Source: a virus
DNA length: 10,649 nucleotides
Reading direction: 5' to 3' (one strand)
Virus genome (UHGV): UHGV-0292054
The stretch's first letter is position 1. Each line of letters starts with the position of its first letter. The translations under genes and the position numbers were made by a program. The notes beneath the pieces are model-generated. The model had not been told where the DNA came from. It ran no database searches and saw only the letters and a program-made list of their open reading frames with translations. Positions 8,020-10,649 of this stretch are shown here, piece after piece.

Positions 8020-8240
8020 GCCGTTCTCCGGTAATGTTTGTTTTTTGCTTCAAAGACTGACTGACAGGAAACACAACGCGTGGCTGACGGGTAAGCCGCA
8101 CGACGGGCAGCAGGTATTGGCGCGTCACACTCTTCGCAAACCAGCGCAGAAGCACCGCAATGTTTTACCCTTGCCGCGTTAATCTGGCGCTCCAGTAATT
8201 CAGCCTGTTGTTCCTGAATAAAATCTACGTTGTCCGGCAT
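8016..8240 (-). CDS. TraR/DksA-family C4 zinc-finger protein, 74 aa (P2 orf82-like)
   Basis: Four cysteines in CGASALVCEEC...RCVSCQ, the pattern of phage TraR/DksA-like proteins. ATG at 8240 overlaps the upstream stop (TAATG). Confidence 0.6.
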   Translation of the reverse strand: MPDNVDFIQEQQAELLERQINAARVKHCGASALVCEECDAPIPAARRAAYPSATRCVSCQSVFEAKNKHYRRTA

Positions 8241-8542
8241 TACCAGTTCCTTTTGTCGTTCAGTTTTTTAAATTCATCAGCGCAATAGCTGGCGATTTCT
8301 GTCGTTAATTTCGTCAGTTCATCCACGGAGGAAATTTGCTTGTGAAATACAGCGCGTTTAACAAGTAAATTGACCACATCAGACAGGAGGTTTAATTCAC
8401 TCTGATAAATCGCGATAACAGATTCAGTTATTTCGCGTTTTTCTTTATCAAGACCAAGTTGAATAAGAGACAAATCGCCATTTTTCATAACGGCGATTTT
8501 TAAGGCATTGTTCAGTAAAACAACTGAACGAGAACAGGACAT
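8240..8542 (-). CDS. Hypothetical early-operon protein, 100 aa, AT-rich
   Basis: ATG at 8542 overlaps the upstream stop (TGATG). Visibly lower GC than neighbouring genes. No recognisable motif. Confidence 0.5.
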   Translation of the reverse strand: MSCSRSVVLLNNALKIAVMKNGDLSLIQLGLDKEKREITESVIAIYQSELNLLSDVVNLLVKRAVFHKQISSVDELTKLTTEIASYCADEFKKLNDKRNW

Positions 8543-8766
8543 CAAAGCACCTCCCCGCGAGACAATCCGATGTTGTGAAATTTTTCCGACTCCTGACTGA
8601 GCAGCTCGACTATCTCCACGCGGGATAACTCCGCCTTTGTGATGTGGCGAATCATGGCGTCAAGATGAGAAGAAAAGCGCGTCGCTGCATCGGCCTGTGC
8701 TTCGGTTCTGGCCTGTTGCAGCAGTAATGCGTATTTACCGCACTGATTTTCAGAAACTGTATGCAT
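8542..8766 (-). CDS. Hypothetical early-operon protein, 74 aa
   Basis: ATG at 8766 preceded by GGAGA; the track start at 8799 is probably a non-ATG extension. Product [21 protein letters not shown]... Confidence 0.5.
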   Translation of the reverse strand: MHTVSENQCGKYALLLQQARTEAQADAATRFSSHLDAMIRHITKAELSRVEIVELLSQESEKFHNIGLSRGEVL

Positions 8767-8829
8767 GACTTTCTCCAGGCAAAAAGAAGCCCCGCACAAT
8801 TAAGTGCGTTAAAAACTCTGGTTAATTAC

Positions 8830-9336
8830 TTAATGCAGATATTGCTCTGGTTTTACCGACGTCAGAATTGTCGGTGCATACTCAAACAGGCTGAATAATT
8901 CACGTAATGCACGGAATAAAGCATCACGCCAGTAACATGACTCTTCATTAATTCGCCAGTATGGCTGGTTGAATTCTTTTTCAGTCAATCCGGCATGCAT
9001 AAATAAAGTGCGACGCTGACTGACTGTTAAAAAACTAATATATGCATACTCACTTGCGCCAACCTGACGGCGTTTTGAGAATGCCCCACGCAATTCATCA
9101 ATTGCACAAACCAGCCGTTCACGTTCGACGTCGTTCATTTCTTCAAAACGCATCGTTGCGTGACGCTGTTTTAACTGCGCATGAAAGCAAACCGTTAGCC
9201 GTTCGCGCTCCATCATCTGATTATAATAATCACATGTATCCTGCCAGCGAGGAACGGCAAGATGCTTACCAATTATCCGGCGCATAGCTGCTGGCTGTTT
9301 TTCAACGAGATTGAGCGTCATCACTGTCATTTCCAT
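8830..9336 (-). CDS. B: Replication protein B (P2 gpB-like), 168 aa
   Basis: ATG at 9336 preceded by GGAGG. Product MEMTVMTLNLVEKQPAAMRRIIGKHLAVPRWQDT... matches my recollection of P2 B in sequence, size (about 166 aa) and position. Confidence 0.75.
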   Translation of the reverse strand: MEMTVMTLNLVEKQPAAMRRIIGKHLAVPRWQDTCDYYNQMMERERLTVCFHAQLKQRHATMRFEEMNDVERERLVCAIDELRGAFSKRRQVGASEYAYISFLTVSQRRTLFMHAGLTEKEFNQPYWRINEESCYWRDALFRALRELFSLFEYAPTILTSVKPEQYLH

Positions 9337-9497
9337 ACCCTCCGGCTTTTCAGAAAGGTCAGAGCCTTTTTTAACGGACTCTGTTTTTTGGTGCGGATAA
9401 TGATTCCCTTACGCCCCTTACCGTGGGTGATGGTGAAGTCAATCGCCCTTGGGCTTTCGTTACGCAGTAACTGAGCAATACAACGCGGTTCACTCAT
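9327..9497 (-). CDS. Small hypothetical protein, 56 aa, between cox and B (position of P2 orf78)
   Basis: ATG at 9497 sits 2 nt after the cox stop (TGATTATG); stop overlaps the B start. The track's longer version from 9524 overlaps cox and is less likely. Confidence 0.4.
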   Translation of the reverse strand: MSEPRCIAQLLRNESPRAIDFTITHGKGRKGIIIRTKKQSPLKKALTFLKSRRVWK

Positions 9498-9499
9498 AA

Positions 9500-9772
9500 T
9501 CACAACCCCATCCACAAAAGCCATGCATCACGCTGTTCAACTGGTCGGTTATAAAACGCCTCTCGTACAGCGCGATTAAACTCTGGAATGAAAACCCACT
9601 TCTCACCGACACGAGCGTTCGGCTTACTTGGATCACGAAGCTCAATAACTGGCAATTTATTCTCTTTTACCATCTTGACTACAGCCGTTTCTGGCTTACC
9701 AAGTAACTCTGCAAACTTAACCGTATGTACCGCATCAATCGGGTACTGAATCACATAGTCATTGACTTCCAT
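9500..9772 (-). CDS. cox: Cox-like excisionase / transcriptional repressor, 90 aa
   Basis: ATG at 9772. The motifs KLPVIEL and GEKWVFIPEFN, the C-terminal DAWLLWMGL, the size and the first-gene position opposite C all fit P2 Cox. Confidence 0.7.
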   Translation of the reverse strand: MEVNDYVIQYPIDAVHTVKFAELLGKPETAVVKMVKENKLPVIELRDPSKPNARVGEKWVFIPEFNRAVREAFYNRPVEQRDAWLLWMGL

Positions 9773-9924
9773 TGATTAGCCCTTTTTGCTTTCGTGTTAC
9801 CCTTATTAGATCCAGTCCCTTCTAGGTCGCCCCTGTCCTTTCTAGGGACTGGCTAACACACTCAAAAGGTCACCAATACACAACCTTTTGACGGGAATAT
9901 AAGTCACCAATAGGTTACTGTCAA
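9773..9924. promoter_or_regulatory. Immunity switch region between cox and C (Pe/Pc promoters and operator repeats)
   Basis: Inverted repeat ccagtccct (9812..9820) / agggactgg (9844..9852). Direct repeats c(c)cttctagg / cctttctagg spaced about 20 bp apart. Direct repeat gtcaccaata at about 9870 and 9903. Candidate Pc is TTGACG (9888..9893), 17 nt, TAGGTT upstream of the C ATG. Confidence 0.5.
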
Positions 9925-10218
9925 ATGCAGACATTCGAAAAACTGAAAGCGATTAGGAAAGCAGAAGGCTTAACACAGGCGAAATTCAGCGAAATTAGCG
10001 GGATAGCTCTAGGAACAGTCAAAAATTACGAAAGTGGGCATAAAGACCCTGGTCTCAGCATCGTTATGCGAGTCACAAATACGCCTTTATTTAAAAAATA
10101 TACGCTCTGGTTAATGACTGGTGATACGTCACCACAAGCTGGTCAGATCGCGCCGGCTCTCGCACACATTGGGCAAAAACCAACAGAATCAGACCACTCC
10201 GAAAAACAGACTGGTTAA
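9925..10218 (+). CDS. C: Immunity repressor C (P2 C-like), 97 aa
   Basis: Divergent from cox. N-terminal HTH-like segment LTQAKFSEISGIALGTVKNYESG; C-terminal KYTLWLMTGD...GQIAPALAHIGQ resembles P2 C. Confidence 0.75.
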   Translation: MQTFEKLKAIRKAEGLTQAKFSEISGIALGTVKNYESGHKDPGLSIVMRVTNTPLFKKYTLWLMTGDTSPQAGQIAPALAHIGQKPTESDHSEKQTG

Positions 10219-10287
10219 CACTCTATAAACATTATATTTTCACCATTTGTTACCAAGATGGTGAATACAGCGTCAGAGGGCTTTCTT

Positions 10288-10533
10288 ATGTCAATTAAGA
10301 AGCTCGATGATGGACGCTATGAAGTGGACATTAGACCTCGCGGTCGCGACGGAAAACGCATCCGCAGGAAATTTGAAAGAAAAGCTGAGGCTGTAGCATT
10401 TGAGCGATACACAATCGCCTACGCCAGCCAGAAAGAATGGGCAGGTCAGCGAGCAGATCGCAGAACTTTGAGTGAGTTGCTGGACATCTGGTGGAAATAT
10501 CACGGGCAAAACCACGAGCATGGAACAAAATAG
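10288..10533 (+). pseudogene. int: Integrase N-terminal fragment (about 81 codons of an expected 337), truncated by IS2
   Basis: ATG at 10288; the track start at 10258 is an upstream ATG. MSIKKLDDGRYEVDIRPRGRDGKRIRRKFERKAEAVAFERY... matches the P2 Int N-terminus. The frame ends at a TAG formed by the first bases of the IS2 end. Confidence 0.8.
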
Positions 10534-10649
10534 ACTGGCCCCCTGAATCTCCAGACAACCAATATCACTTAAATAAGTGATAGTCTTAATACTAGTTTTT
10601 AGACTAGTCATTGGAGAACAGATGATTGATGTCTTAGGGCCGGAGAAAC
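10531..10649 (+). mobile_element. IS2 (IS3 family) left end, continuing beyond the window
   Basis: tagactggccccctgaatctccagacaaccaatatcactta matches the IS2 left inverted repeat as I recall it. About 90 nt later comes ATG ATT GAT GTC TTA GGG CCG GAG AAA, encoding MIDVLGPEK, the start of InsC/OrfA. Confidence 0.8.
10622..10649 (+). CDS. insC: IS2 transposase OrfA (InsC), 5' partial
   Basis: Starts MIDVLGPEK and runs off the window end. Confidence 0.75.

Noticed and set aside
9856-9935. A second LexA box in the C-cox switch region, as found upstream of tum in phage 186
   Set aside because: The only CTGT-containing candidate (ctgtcaaatgcagaca near the C start) lacks the ACAG half-site at the correct spacing.
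1-10649. CRISPR arrays, tRNA or rRNA genes, attachment-site core
   Set aside because: No regularly spaced direct repeats or tRNA-like structures were noticed. The att core is expected beyond int and IS2, outside this window.

Overview
This window is a reverse-oriented slice of a P2-like (Peduovirus-type) prophage in an enterobacterial host. From left to right it holds the late genes O (scaffold, minus strand), P (large terminase) and Q (portal), the P2-type cos site, an AT-rich two-gene cargo cassette in the position where P2 carries tin/old, the replication gene A, the early-operon small ORFs, B, cox, the divergent repressor gene C, and the start of int. The most interesting region is the cargo cassette (4211..5294, minus strand): a Panacea/DUF4065-like protein followed by a protein with two C-terminal transmembrane helices, preceded by a near-consensus LexA box and separated by a terminator-like hairpin. 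I read it as a candidate SOS-controlled toxin-antitoxin or abortive-infection module; this rests on motif recollection and sequence architecture, not on a database search. The prophage itself looks degenerate: int is cut after about codon 81 by the left end of an IS2 element, and gene A is split into two reading frames. No tRNA, rRNA or CRISPR array was seen. All family assignments come from recalled P2 protein sequences and motifs and need confirmation by search.
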